A stretch of 64,000 nucleotides of DNA from NCBI RefSeq assembly GCF_963921235.1, contig NC_086107.1, positions 39,618,001 through 39,682,000 on the forward strand, written 5' to 3'. A program made the translations under genes and the position numbers. Under the pieces are notes generated by a model. It had not been told where the DNA came from, searched no databases, and saw only the letters and a program-made list of their open reading frames with translations. Origin of the DNA: Mobula hypostoma (taxonomy: Eukaryota). Positions 36,614 to 49,345 of the stretch are shown here, one piece after another; positions within the stretch are counted from its first letter, which is position 1, and every line of letters starts with the position of its first letter.

Positions 36614-37790
36614 AACACGATAAATCCTGCAGATGCTGGTAATCCAAAGTAACACACACAAAATGCAGGAGGAACTCAGCAGGTCAGGCAGCGTCGATGG
36701 AAATGAACAAACTGTCAACGTTTCAGACCGAGACCCTTCTTCAGGACTGGAAAGGAAGGGGGAAGACGCCAAAATAAAAAGGTGGAGGGAAGGGAAAGAG
36801 GATTGCTCGAAGGTGATATGTGAAGCCTGGCGGGTGGGAAGGGTAAAGGGCTGTAGAGGAAGGAATCTGATAGGGGAGGAGAGTGAAGCATAGGAAAGTG
36901 AAGGAGGAGGGGACCCTGTGGGAAGTGATAGGCGGGGAGAAGAAGTAAGAGGCCAGAGTGGGGAATAGAAGAAGAGGGAAGGGAATGGAAACTTTATTTT
37001 TTACCAGAAAGAGAAATCGATGTTCATGTCACCAGATTGGAGGCTACCCAGATGGAATATAAGATGCTGCTCCTCCACCCTGCGGGTGGTCTCATCGTTG
37101 GCGCAAGAGGAGCCCATGGACCAAGATGTCGGAATGGGAATGGAAATCAAAATGTTCGGCCACCAGGAATTTCCACTTCTGGTGGATGGAGTGGAGGTGC
37201 TTGATGAAGCAGCCCCTCCAGCTGACGACAGGTCTCATCAATGTAGAGGAGGCCATGTTGGGAGCACCGGACACAGTAGATTTCCTGGTGAGGTGTTTGG
37301 GGCCTTGAATGGAGATGAGGGAGATGTATGGGCAAGGGTAGCACTTTGGCCACTTGCAGGGATAACTGCCTGGAGAGAGATTAGTGGGGATGGACAATGG
37401 AAAAGGGAATCATGGAGGGAGCAACCCCTGCGGAAAGCAGAAAGAGAGGGGTGGACAAAGATATTTTTGGCAGTAGGATCCCTTCAGAGAAGGTGGAAGT
37501 TGCGGAGTTTGATGTGTTGGATGTGGAGGCTCATGGAGTGGCAGGTAAGGAGAAGAGGAAATCCATCACTGTTAATGCAGTGGGGAGATGGGGTGAGTGC
37601 GGTTGTCTGGGGATGCAGGTGAGGGCATCATCAACAGTAAAGGAAGAGAAAACTCATTCTTTGAAGAAGGAAGGACATCTCTGAGGTTCTGGAAAGGAAA
37701 GCTCTATCCTGGATACAGATGTGGTGGAGACAAAGGAACTGAGAAACAGGAATAGCATTTTTACAGGAGACAGGGTGGGAAGGGGTGTAG
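36614..37790 (-). mobile_element. 5'-truncated Penelope-like element (Neptune-like: Cys motif + GIY-YIG)
   Basis: 'PGSYPCKWPKCYPCPYI', 'IYCVRCSQHGLLYIDET', 'VAEHFDFHSHSDILVHGLL'. TSD TCA(C/G)AG(A/G)ACAAATAT (36599-36613, 37791-37805). Confidence 0.9.
36712..36749 (-). ncRNA. Minimal hammerhead ribozyme motif with intact core
   Basis: Minus strand: CAGUC-CUGAAGA-AGGGUCUCGGUCU-GAAA-CGUU^GACAG. CUGANGA and GAAA are intact, with palindromic AACGUU at stem III and a GUU cleavage triplet. Confidence 0.75.
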
Positions 37791-38566
37791 TCAGAGGACA
37801 AATATTGTAGTTAATTGAACTGGTTTATTTCAAATGGCACTACACATAAATAATTAATAATGAGTACAAGTAACAAGTGCAGCTGAGTTAGACCAAAGGT
37901 AACAATTGATTATAGCCCCATGTTAAAATCAGAATTGAGAATTCACTGGAGTATTAACAAGGATATTGTCCAGTAATCTGGAAAATCTGATCTGGTCTCA
38001 CAATGTCCCGAGGTGTTGGATTGTGAGAGTTCTACTGTATTGTTCTGCCTGCATTGTACTGCTGCTACAAAGAACAAATTCATGACTTGTGTCAGTGACA
38101 ATAAACCTGATTCTGATTTGTTCAGATGGATGTGATTTAATCACCTGGCATTTTGTGAAGAAAAGCATGGAGTTCTTTGGTGTTCTGATCATAGTAAATT
38201 GACCAAGACCACCAAAGATTAAACAGGCTGGTTCTGTTTTTCAATGCCATGCATGCAAGGTTACTGATGTAAAATACTGCTTTATTTGGTAAATACATAA
38301 CAGCCATTATTAGACTCTAAATATAATTGCAAGTATTTAAAATGTAATTTAATCATGGATTATATTATATTTTCAAATGTTTTAAAATGTAATTTACTTT
38401 AAATTGTTAAAAAAATGGCTGCAAGGAATTTCATTGCATTTTGATGTATGTGACAATAAACTAATCTGAAGAGAGTTGTCTGACAATTTATTCTTCCAAA
38501 ACTCCAGCTGAAGACAGTATTAGCTGTTTACTACTATATTGTCCAATGGTGCTCTTCTGTTTGCAG

Positions 38567-38760
38567 GAACTTGGCCTTCAAGTCCATTGAGAAGTGCCTC
38601 TGACTGTGGTCAGCTAAAATCTTCCATGCAGCCTCAAGACCTGCGACCAAAAAATTGCAGTGCAATGTTTGAAAGTGTTGACCATGCACATCCTCTGAAC
38701 AGAGTCACAATGAAAGATGTCTTGACACCACAGAAGCATCACACCGCATCATCCACTGGG
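38567..38760 (+). CDS. C11orf16: C11orf16-like gene, exon 7
   Basis: Acceptor TTCTGTTTGCAG|, phase 1; open frame 'TWPSSPLRS…AMFESVD…TMKDVL…SSTG'. Donor GGG|GTAAGC, phase 0. Confidence 0.8.
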
Positions 38761-39398
38761 GTAAGCTACCAAAATGACCGATGGTATTCACAAAATTTCA
38801 TATGTTTGTTCTATGCTCATATTTTTTACAGTTTCAAACAACTTGTTTCATTCAGTTCTGATCTACAGAACAACATTCAGTATTTAGTATTTTTATTTGA
38901 TTTTCTTTACCTACACCGTTCCCTAGTTTACCACGTAATGTTTATGTAGGCTGGCTAATCACCTGAGGCTGAGACTCAGCTAATGACACATTACATCAAT
39001 TTGCTTCAATAGATAGGATTTATGCTAATGCCCCAAGAATGTTAAAGCTACGTTCAGGAGAGACAACTGTGACACTTGGAATTACCACGTCATCCGTACT
39101 TTGACCATTCTTGATTTGTTGAACGATTGCGTGCTCCAAGGATTAGAGTCTGATTCGAAACTAGTTCCAAAAGCATTCTCAGAGCTAGTAATCCTGTCAG
39201 TGTTACATATTTGACTGAAGGTCCAGGTATGAAAAGAACACTTTAATAAACTGTCAGTGTTCAGCTCTTCTAGGGCTTCTTTCTTCATTTTGCAACCTTA
39301 AATAAAAGAACAAACAAGAACATTCCCCAGTAATGAAACAGAAAAGTAAACACCTTCTTTAAATAAAGTATGATTTTGTTTTTGACTTCAATGACCAG

Positions 39399-39571
39399 CT
39401 GCAGGGTCCACCCATTCAAGAACGTTTGGGAGAGAACCAGTTGTCACTTGATTGTCAACATCAGGAGGCTATACAGAGATCAAGAAAGAAAAAGCTGCAG
39501 CGATGGCAGTGGGAGAAAGACAGAGAGCAGCGATGTGAGGACAAGTATCAAAGCATCCAGGAAAATCGCAG
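39399..39571 (+). CDS. C11orf16: C11orf16-like gene, exon 8 (coiled-coil start); frame differs from the ORF track
   Basis: Tandem in-frame acceptors CAG|CTGCAG|; 'LQGPPIQERLGENQLSLDCQHQEAIQRSRKKKLQRWQWEKDREQRCEDKYQSIQENR'. Donor AG|GTATAC, phase 2, matches exon 9. Confidence 0.78.
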
Positions 39572-42500
39572 GTATACCAGAGTCTGAAGGTTCGGCAGTA
39601 CCAAAGATGTTAGCTATCGCAACACTGAAATCAATTAGAAACAGGAAAATATATGACAATTAAGTTTCAGGAAAGGACAATCGATAATCCAAGATTACTG
39701 AACTACTTGGGAATAAATATGTGCTGAAGCTGTGTTCTAATATTGTAGCTGACATCTAACATTGGATATGATTACTTTCTGCTATTTATTGGAACAAATT
39801 AAGGGGCAATATTAGGAGCATAACATGTTTCCATGTTATTGACATGCTGAGCTGGATGTAATTGCTTTCCACTGTGAAACCAAACTTTGATTAACAACAA
39901 ACCACTTATTTAAGCAAAGCTCATGTCACTTCAGCTCACAATGAGACTGCAGAATGACTAGAATATAAATGCAGAGCCAGCCTGGAACTAATCCATTTGT
40001 GGTGCTACTATGTGTGATATTTTATCTTATTGAAGTATCATTGAAGAGGAAAATGAAACAGTAACTGTTGCAGATCCGTTGTGAGATTATGTGGGGATGT
40101 GTACATTCTACCTATTCAGTGCATTTTTTTTCCCAGTTGCTCTGTTTTAAGGTAAGCTAGTATACTGGTCACCACCCTAAGTTATAAATTCAACATTTTC
40201 TCATCCCTTTGTGGCAGTCTGTGAGTTCAATTTAAAAGCTGTTATATAAAGCTGAGGTGGTTTGGTTGTTATAGGAGGGAACCCAGCTGTTCTGACCCAG
40301 ACTGGTTTACAAAGGTGAGCGTGCTTCAACCCAATATCTTTATTCTGGTTTGTACTTGTGTGTAAATGTTTTGGATTGTGGGTGTGTGAGCAGCCGCTAT
40401 GGAGGTTCGGGAATGTGGACAAGATGGCGAGTTGGTGTGGCGTATTGGTAGTATGGGCAGGGTGTACACAAGAGCTGGTGATTATAGATGTGGTGGTCCA
40501 GGACTGGTGCCTGGTACATCACCAGTCTCAGAAGATGGTAAATGGGAAGTGAGGCAGCTGACAAGGATTTCTGTGCCTGGGCCCACAAGTGTTTGCCTAC
40601 CTGCAGATGCCATGTGGCATCTGGATGAGTCCATCTTTGTGCATATCTCCTCCACCCGAGGTCTTCAGCTGTGTTAGTGTCCTTGTCACTCGATCAGGAC
40701 TTTGCTCTATGAACCTCAGCAGGTACACCAGGACTACTCCATGTTAAAGGAAACCACATACTGCCAACCTCTGCGCCATAAATATGAAGCTCAGGGCTGG
40801 AAATGTCAGGATTCTCATGAACAGCAGCAGGCTCTAACGCTGCTCTCCTGTGGGAACTCGGACGGTTTGACCTCGATATCACCATACTGAGAGACACATC
40901 GGGCACAATTCAGTCATTTTCAAGACCAAGGCAGTGGCACACTTTTCTCCAGATGGACAGACTGGAGCATGATTGCCGTCTTTACAGAGAGAGCTTCGCT
41001 ACTGAAAATGTACTAATCCAGTCTCTCAGCTTTGGTTAACATATCATGACCTTTTAATTCACTTTAACATGGAATCTATGTGCTGTGGTCATCAGTGAAT
41101 ACACCCAATGTTGTAATTTCAGATGAAGCCAGTAGGGCTTCTACTTTGACGTTGAAAATGTCCCGGTGCAAACTGACCCTACTGGATGCCTTCGCTATTA
41201 GAGTTGGAAGGGACACCACCACCTGGCAAGGAACGATTGGCAAGGAAGGAACAGGGTGAAACAACTCCAATGGAGTCCTCATTTGTTTCAATAGAAGATC
41301 AAGCACCACATGCCTTATTAATATCCTCAGTTCAAGCACGGTCACCTCATAGATTATGTCATCATCTGAGTGAGGGATTGCAATAACGTTTGTATCGACT
41401 GCACTCTGACTGTCGCTAATGACTGTCAGACTGACTACCGCCGACTCTGTTCTGATTTCTGCAACCTTGCCCCCAACAATTAAAATGTTGATGAGAGAAG
41501 ATCAATGCTGAAGCACTCAATAATCCCACAAGGGCAGCTCGTCTAAGATTCTTTCTCAATTCCCAGCCGGGAGGAGTTGTGGTGTCCACAACTATGGGTT
41601 TTCCTAGCCCACCATAACTGGCATATGTGAAGAGAGTCACAGGCTAAGCTGGCTTTGTTGGACAGGCCATGCTGTACACATGCCCTCTACCAGTGTCCCA
41701 ATACGGACTTGGGAATTCAGTACCACATGCATAGAGGGGGAAAAAATGCAAATCCCCACTGTCTCCTGGGGATTTCTGGTCCAAAACCACTCAGAGTGGA
41801 TAAGCCATAGGGGAATGGCTTTCAAGCATCAGGAGTACATGGAGGCTCTGTGTGAACAACGGAAGGAGCAGCTCACCATCTGCCTCATTGGCTACCACCT
41901 GTTCCATCTGTGGGTGAGTCTGAGTTCCGGCAGCAGCTTCATTGGCCACACCTAACTCTGCAATACAAGAGTGGAAATGAATTATTCTTGTTCCCCAAGA
42001 AGATCTGTAAGATTCTTGGTCTGCCTAAGAAGATGACTGTAAGGTGTAAATTAAGCAGAGGGTAGAGACTGTGGAATTCTTTGCCACAGGCAACTGTGGA
42101 GGCCAAGTCTTTATACACTTTTAAGGCAGAAGTTAATAGATTCTTGATTGGTCAGGGCACGAAGGGATACAGGGAGAAGGCAGGAGGCTGGGGCTGAGAG
42201 GAAAATTAGATCAGCCATGATGGAGCAAACTTGATGGGCCAAATGGCCTAATTCTGCTCCTGTATTTTATGGGCTTATGGTCTTAGGGGTGTAAAGCTTC
42301 TTAGAAGACATGCTTCATTGATATAAGATAACCAATTTTAATTTAATTATTCCCTTTCTTCTAGTTATTATCCAGCTGGTTTATTATGGTCAATGTCACA
42401 AAGAATCAATCTGTTTTACCCTGGAATCAGCAGTGGGTATATCCTGGTCACCACCAAAGTAAAAATCTAATACATTTGTGCCCCTTGGAAATTAGTTCAG

Positions 42501-44095
42501 ATTCACTTCAGGCAAAATCCTTCTAGTCAGCAGGATAAGAATTTCATGTCTTTACTCAGGACTGAACTGCACTCTAAGTTCCCTTAGGCCACTTGGTTAC
42601 ACATTGAACCTTTCATCTATAGATGTTGGTTAGTTGCCAGAGAGAAAATTATTACAAACAGGACGATATTGAATGCTGTTTATGCATACTTTTAGAACAG
42701 AAATTTTGTGCAGTTGTACGTGAAATACTCTGGTTTCCTCAGCTGCTTAAGTCTGGGGAAGACAATCTCCGGCCCCACCTAACCTGTGAGATTGAGGTGC
42801 GAGCCCACCCCAAACCCTGCTCATGTGGATGGTGAGTAATTCAATACCCTGTTACAAATGAGTGCCACGGAATAACAGACAATACACCACATACAATTAA
42901 AAGATTTGACTTCATAATTCTTAATTTGACTAAAGGGTTAGTAAGTAAAAAACAAAAAAAAAGCCCATTTTACTGAAACAGTCTAATAAGCACAACTTGG
43001 AGCTCACGGTTTCTCCGTCACCAATTCTCCATCACTCTCACCCTGGGCTTTTTGAATCACGGCCCCGCTCCAGGTCAAATCCTACAACCTCTTCTCTCCG
43101 GCGTCTTCTCTCTTCATCTCTCTCTCTCACACAAAGCCCCAAGCCCAACCTTAGTGTCCCTCACCAGAGAAACCTCCCCTTAATCCAACCATCCTAATTG
43201 GATGGCAAACAGTTCTCCTCTCTTACCTTCAACAGTAACCCAAACATAAGCTGAAAACAAGCAGCTCGCACAAAACAGCATAACGGTAAAAATATAACCC
43301 AGGACATTACATTCTCCCCTATCAAAATAGTCATGTCCTTATGACATAGAAATAATTTGTCAACCCGTCATTAATGACACCGCTTTCAAGGGAATTCCGT
43401 GATGCCAGCACCTCTAATCCATCTGTAAAGGGTAGTGACGTATCTCACTGGGGGAATAGCTGTAGCACTCTGGTCCCCTGGTGCTACGTAGGCCAGCCTA
43501 TCTGGGGGTCTGCAGATTCTCTGAGACTCTTTACCCCATCGTCTACTTCTTCAGTTTCAGACAATCCGTGGGATACTTCTGGTCTAAATGGCGAGGCCTC
43601 TCCCTATCAATCACTCGTGCCGTCCTACAGCTTGGACCCCTCTGTCACTTGGCTGAGCCCTGATTCATCCCCTTCACGGTCCCGCTGAAACCCCATCTGT
43701 CCACAGGTAGTCCTCCCGATTTCACCTGCCTCAGCGTGAGAAGGGTTGGGAATCTCGTCCTCAGTCAGTGTGGAGTTTGCAAAAGGCAGCACGTACCACA
43801 CCCCCATTTCCTCATCCTCCAAGTCTGTAACCCATTCGGGGACTGGGGCTGGTCTAACCCTTCCTACTGTTGGTCCTTCAGTCATACCGCATCACCACAG
43901 AGTTCTCTTACTGAGTGTAGGCTCCAGGTCAGGCTCTGGGTCAACCCGCATCTCTTGTCCCAGAGGCAGAAGGTGGTTTCGATGGAGAATATCGACAGGC
44001 CCATTCCCATCCTGTGGTTTCACCTGGAAAACTGGTATATTTAGCATCTGATTCTCCACTACATAGGGCATAGCTGCCCAGCGGTCGGCCAACTT

Positions 44096-45645
44096 ATAGT
44101 CATAGTCATAGTCATACTTTATTGATCCTGGGGGAAATTGGTTTTCATTACAGTTGCACCATAAATAGTTAAATAGTAGTATATAAATTATGCCAGTAAA
44201 TTATGAAATAAGCCCAGGACCAGCCTATTGGCTCAGGGTGTCTGAGCCCCCAAGGGAGGAGTTGTAAAGTTTGATGGCCACAGGCAGGAATGACTTCTTA
44301 TGACGCTCTGTGTTGCATCTTGGAGGAATGAGTCTCTGGCTGAATGTACTCCTGTGCCCACTCAGTACATTATGTAGTGGATGGGAAACATTGACCAAGA
44401 TGGCATGTAACTTAGACAGCATCCTCTTTTCAGACACCACCATCAGAGAGTCCAGTTCCATCCCCACAACATCACTGGCCTTACGGATGAGTTTGTTGAT
44501 TCTGTTGGTGTCTGCTACCCTCAGTCTGCTGCCCCAGCACACAACAGCAAACATGATAGCACTGGCCACCACAGACTCGTAGAACAACCTCAGCATCATC
44601 CGGCAGATGTTAAAGGACCTCAGTCTCCTCAGGAAATAGAGACGGCTCTGACCCTTCTTGTAGACAGCCTCAGTGTTCTTTGACCAGTCCAGTTTATTGT
44701 CAATTCGTATCCCCAGGTATTTGTAATCCTCCACCATGTCCACACTGACCCCCTGGATGGAAACAGGGGTCACCGGTACCTTAGCTCTCCTCAGGTCTAC
44801 CACCAGCTCCTTAGTCTTTTTCACATTAAGCTGCAGATAATTCTGCTCACACCATGTGGCAAAGTTTCCTACCGTAGCCCTGTACTCAGCCTCATCTCCC
44901 TTGCTGATGCATCCAACTATGGCAGAGTCATCCGAAAACTTCTGAAGATGACAAGACTCTGTGCAGTAGTTGAAGTCCGAGGTGTAAATGGTGAAGAGAA
45001 AGGCAGACAAGACAGTCCCCTGTGGAGCCCCAGTGCTGCTGATCACTCTGTCGGACACACAGTGTTGCAAGCACACGTACTGTGGTCTGCCAGTCAGGTA
45101 GTCAAGAATCCATGATACCAGGGAAGCATCCACCTGCATCACTGTCAGCTTCTCCCCCAGCAGAGCAGGGCAGATGGTATTGAACGCACTGGAGAAGTCA
45201 AAAAACATGACCCTCACAGTGCTCGCTGGCTTGTCCAGGTGGGCGTAGACATGGTTCAGCAGGTAGACGATGGCATCCTCAACTCCTAGTCAGGGCTGGT
45301 AGGCGAACTGGAGGGGATCTAAGTGTGGCCTGACCATAGGCTGGAGCAGCTCCAGAACAAGTCTCTCCAGGGTCTTCATGATGTGGAAGGTCAATGCCAC
45401 CGGTCTGTAGTCATTGAGGCCGCTGGGGCGCGGCGTCTTCAGCACAGGGACGAGGCAGGAAGTCTTCCACAGTACAGGAACCCTCCGGAGCCTTAGGCTC
45501 AGGTTGAATACATGGCAAAGTACTCCACATAGCTGAGGGGCACAGGCTTTGAGCACCCTGGTACTGACACCACCCGGTCCTGCAGCCTTGCTTGGGTTGA
45601 GACGTTTCAGCTGTCTTCTCACCTGTTCAGCTGTGAAGCCCACCG
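44096..45645 (-). mobile_element. Young 5'-truncated Rex1/Babar LINE inserted in the Gypsy integrase
   Basis: 'FFDFSSAFNTI…GAPQGTVLS…KFSDDSAIVG'. ORFs 45290..45643 and 44225..45217 are in one frame, split by a single TGA. (ATAGTC)n tail at 44096-44115. It interrupts Gypsy 'GLPGNH|KLADRW'. Confidence 0.93.
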
Positions 45646-48600
45646 TGGTTCCCAGGTAGCCCCAAATTCCTTATGAGGACTGGGTCTCCTGGCATGAGTT
45701 GAGAGAACCTCACCTTTTGATCATACCTCCTCTTATTCCCTTGATTCTGCTTGGCAGCCGTGACCTCAGCTAATTCATAAGCCTTTTTCAGCTCCCTTTT
45801 CATATCAGACACATACTTCAGATAAATCTCCGGTGGTAGATCTTCCTCACCAGTCCCAAAACAAAGGTCGATGGGCAACCTCGCCTCGCGCTCAAACATC
45901 AGATAATATGGCGAGTACCCGGTTGCTTCATTTTGTGTACAGTTGTAGCAGTGGACCAGATCTCCAATATGTTGATTCCACTTGTTCTTTTTGCTGATAT
46001 CCAAGGTTCCAAGCATGTCTAGCAAGGTCCGATTAAACTTCTCTGGCTGGGGATCACCCTGCGGGTGATAAGGCGTAGTCCTCGACTTCTTGACTCCGAG
46101 CATGCCCAGTAACTCATGGATGAACTTACTCTGGAAATCCCGTCCCTGATCACTATGTATCCACCTGGGAAGGCCATAATAAATGAAATACTTCTCCCAT
46201 AACACTTTGGACACAGTGATCCTTGGTAGGGAAGACTTGCACATATCTGGTGTAGTGATCCATAATGACCAAGACATCTGCCATGTTGCTGGCATCTGGC
46301 TCTATTGACAGGAAATCCATACACACCAGGTCAAGTGGCCCTGCACTCTGCAAGTGAGACAACGGAACGGCCCTCATAGGCAGCGTCTTCCTTCATATAT
46401 ATCAAGTGCATAATTTGCAATACTCTTCGACCTCCAGCTTCATTTGGAGGCAGTAGAACCGATCTCTGAGCAAACCATAGGTCCTTTCAACCCCCAAATG
46501 TCCAGAATCATCATGAAATGACTTCAACACAATCCTCCAATACTTCTCAGGCAGAACCAACTGGGAATACTGAGGCTGGTCCGAGGTGACGTGACCTGGT
46601 ATAGGACCTGGTTCCTCAATTCCAATCTGGGCCATTCTCTCAGTAATTGAAATACCGCAGTGTGTTTTGTCCTTTCCGCTTGGGCCATGCCTCCCTTTTT
46701 GACTGCTGACCAAATGTTACCGATGCCCGGGTCATCTCGTTGAGCAGCTGCCACTTCCCCAGGACTCAATTCCGGTAACTGGTTTGTCTTCAGAGCCGTC
46801 AGGTTACAGTAAGCTTGTGGAATGGCGTCATCAGAAGCTCCCAATTGATCTACTGCTCGATCCTGCCCTTGCCTTCCCTCTGCCTTCACTGTGATGGCAA
46901 ACTGGCACATGGCTTTCACTCCCGAGGCAGGAACGCTCTCCCACTCCTCGTCTCTGTCCAGCCCTTCGTGCGCACGTCGGGACAAAGCATCGGCATTAAT
47001 GTTCCGACTTTCCAGCCGGTACTTCAGGCTGAAATCATAAACAATGCCGTCAACCACCAATGGCCTGTGACATCTGATTTTGATTAGGTCAGGATATAAG
47101 TTAGGGGATTGTTGTCTGTCCTCACCTCAAACTTGGCACCACAGAGGTAGTCACTCAACTTATCCACCACAGCCCATTTCAATGCCAGGAACTCCGACTT
47201 GTGCGTGGGATAGTCAGAGGGTGACAGACTCCGGCTGACAAACGTAACAGATCTCAACCCTGTGCCCTGATCCTGATACAGGACACCCCCTAAACCCTCT
47301 CTGCAGTATATACAGCAATCGGGGGTCTGCAAAAGCCAGCACAGGCCCTTGCGTCAGCAGTTTCTTCAGCAACTGAAAGGCCTCTTCACATTTTGCAACC
47401 CATCTCACTCCAAAAGGCTCCAAAGGGCTAAGATAATCTTTACCTTCCTCTCCTTTTGTCCTCCTCCCTTTCTTCCCCAAGGGAGGGTAACCATGCAGAA
47501 ATGATTTAAAGGGTGACTCACTTTCGCGTTGTCCCTCACGAACTGCCAATAGTATCCACAGAACCCAAGGAACGAGCGCAAAGCGCTCACAGTCTGGGGC
47601 CTTGGCCATGTGGTCTATCTTAGACTGATCCATAGGTACTCCATTGCATGAGACTATGTGCTCTACATAATTGACAAACATCTTGCAGAACTGGCAGTTG
47701 TGCAGGGAATGTTTTAACCCTTCAGCTTTCAGGTGGCCCAGCAGCTTCAGTAGCCTCGCTTCATGTTCCTCTAAGGTGGACCCAAACACTATGACGTCAA
47801 CCAGATACACCAATACCTCAGGCAAGTTCATATCACCCACTGTCTTCTCCATGACAAGCTGGAAAGTTGCAGGCGCTCCTGATATGCCCTGGGGCATCCT
47901 TTTGAGCTGGAGGAATCCCAGTGAACATATAAATACCACGTTCTGTTTGTCAGTCTCACTCATGGGGATCTGGTAATATCCAGTCCTCAAGTCCAGCACA
48001 CTGAACCACTTCACACCACTCAGACAGGTCGGCACGTCTTCGATCCTTGGGACTGTATACTGGTCAGGGACAGTGCGCCTGTTCAGAGTCCTACAGTCCA
48101 CATGCATCTGTACCTTCCCATTCTTCTTCCTGGCCACTACTACTGGGGACACATAAGGGCTTCTGGACTCGCCACACTATCCGGGTGACTGAAGACATCC
48201 CATTCAGAGAAAGGTCGCAGTGACTGGCTCCTGCAGAGCTTGAACACGTTCGGCAGCATTTGTGGAATGATCCTATCTTCCTTCAGCTTCCACAAATGCT
48301 GCCGAACGTCTTCCACCTCTGCAGGAGCCAGTCACTGCAACCTTTCTCTGAATGGGGTGTCTTCAGTCACCCGGACAGTGGTTGAGTGCTCTTCGAACAA
48401 CCCACATCAAACTCATCAGTAGAAAAGACACCTTCCAGTTTCAACGTCTTCTCTATCAACCTCCTCCTCCAACCCGCAGGTACCGGGGAATCCCCAAAGT
48501 TGAATGACTCAGCAGTCAACTTCCCCTTTTTCAAAGAGAATTTCTCCCTGGCTTGTCTCACAGGGACACTAGACATTACCATCACCAGGAAAAGATGTGC

Positions 48601-49254
48601 CAGGGGCATCCCCCGCTTGAAGGTGACATTCCTCTTCATAGTGTTCCTGATATTCACTGCCATCCTGTTCGCCTGTACAATCGAGGGCTTCTGCAGTTTG
48701 GGCCTCACCAGTACCCCAGCAGATAAGCCCAACTCCTCTTCGAGGTCTTCTGGAGCATCCACCAAGAGGGCCTCGGCCTCAGGCATTCTGGGAAATTTGG
48801 GGTTTCCCATCACTCTCGCTACCTCCCCGGGCCGTAATACGATTGGCTTGGACTGGTTGAACCACACAGACCCTTGTCTAAACTTGTTATTCGGCCCAGT
48901 GCAGCCACGCACTTCCTCAAAAGCAGCTCGAAACACCGGGTGAATGGACAATGTCTTCAGAAAGCTCTCTCCAGCTCTCTCCTTGCAGGCTCCCATTAGC
49001 CTCTTCACAATAGGAGTATTTGTTCCCACAAGAATTGAAACGCTGCCCTTCTCAACAGGGTCCGAACAAACCAGCGTTAATGTATCAAGGACCTCAGCCG
49101 CTCCCACATTGGCCTCTGAAAACTCCAGCTTCACTGACAAATAACCATCATACGGATAATCACCCACACTCAGACCCCAGATCTCTAGCGCACTGAGTGG
49201 CGTCAATGGTAAATGTGTCAAGTACTAGTTGTAAAATGAACAGTACAGCAAAGT

Positions 49255-49345
49255 AACATACATCAAAGTTGCTGGTGAACGCAGCAGGCCAAGCAGCATC
49301 TATAGGAAGAGGCGCAGTCGACGTTTCAGGCCGAGACCCTTCGTC
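49255..49345 (-). mobile_element. Tail-less Penelope terminal-repeat fragment with a partial hammerhead
   Basis: Minus strand: GACGA-AGGGUCUCGGCCU-GAAA-CGUC^GACUG…CAGCAACTTTGATGTATGTT. It abuts a G12 run. Confidence 0.8.

Noticed and set aside
39370-39663. 97-aa ORF in the track
   Set aside because: Wrong frame; the phase-compatible exon is 39399-39571 in another frame.
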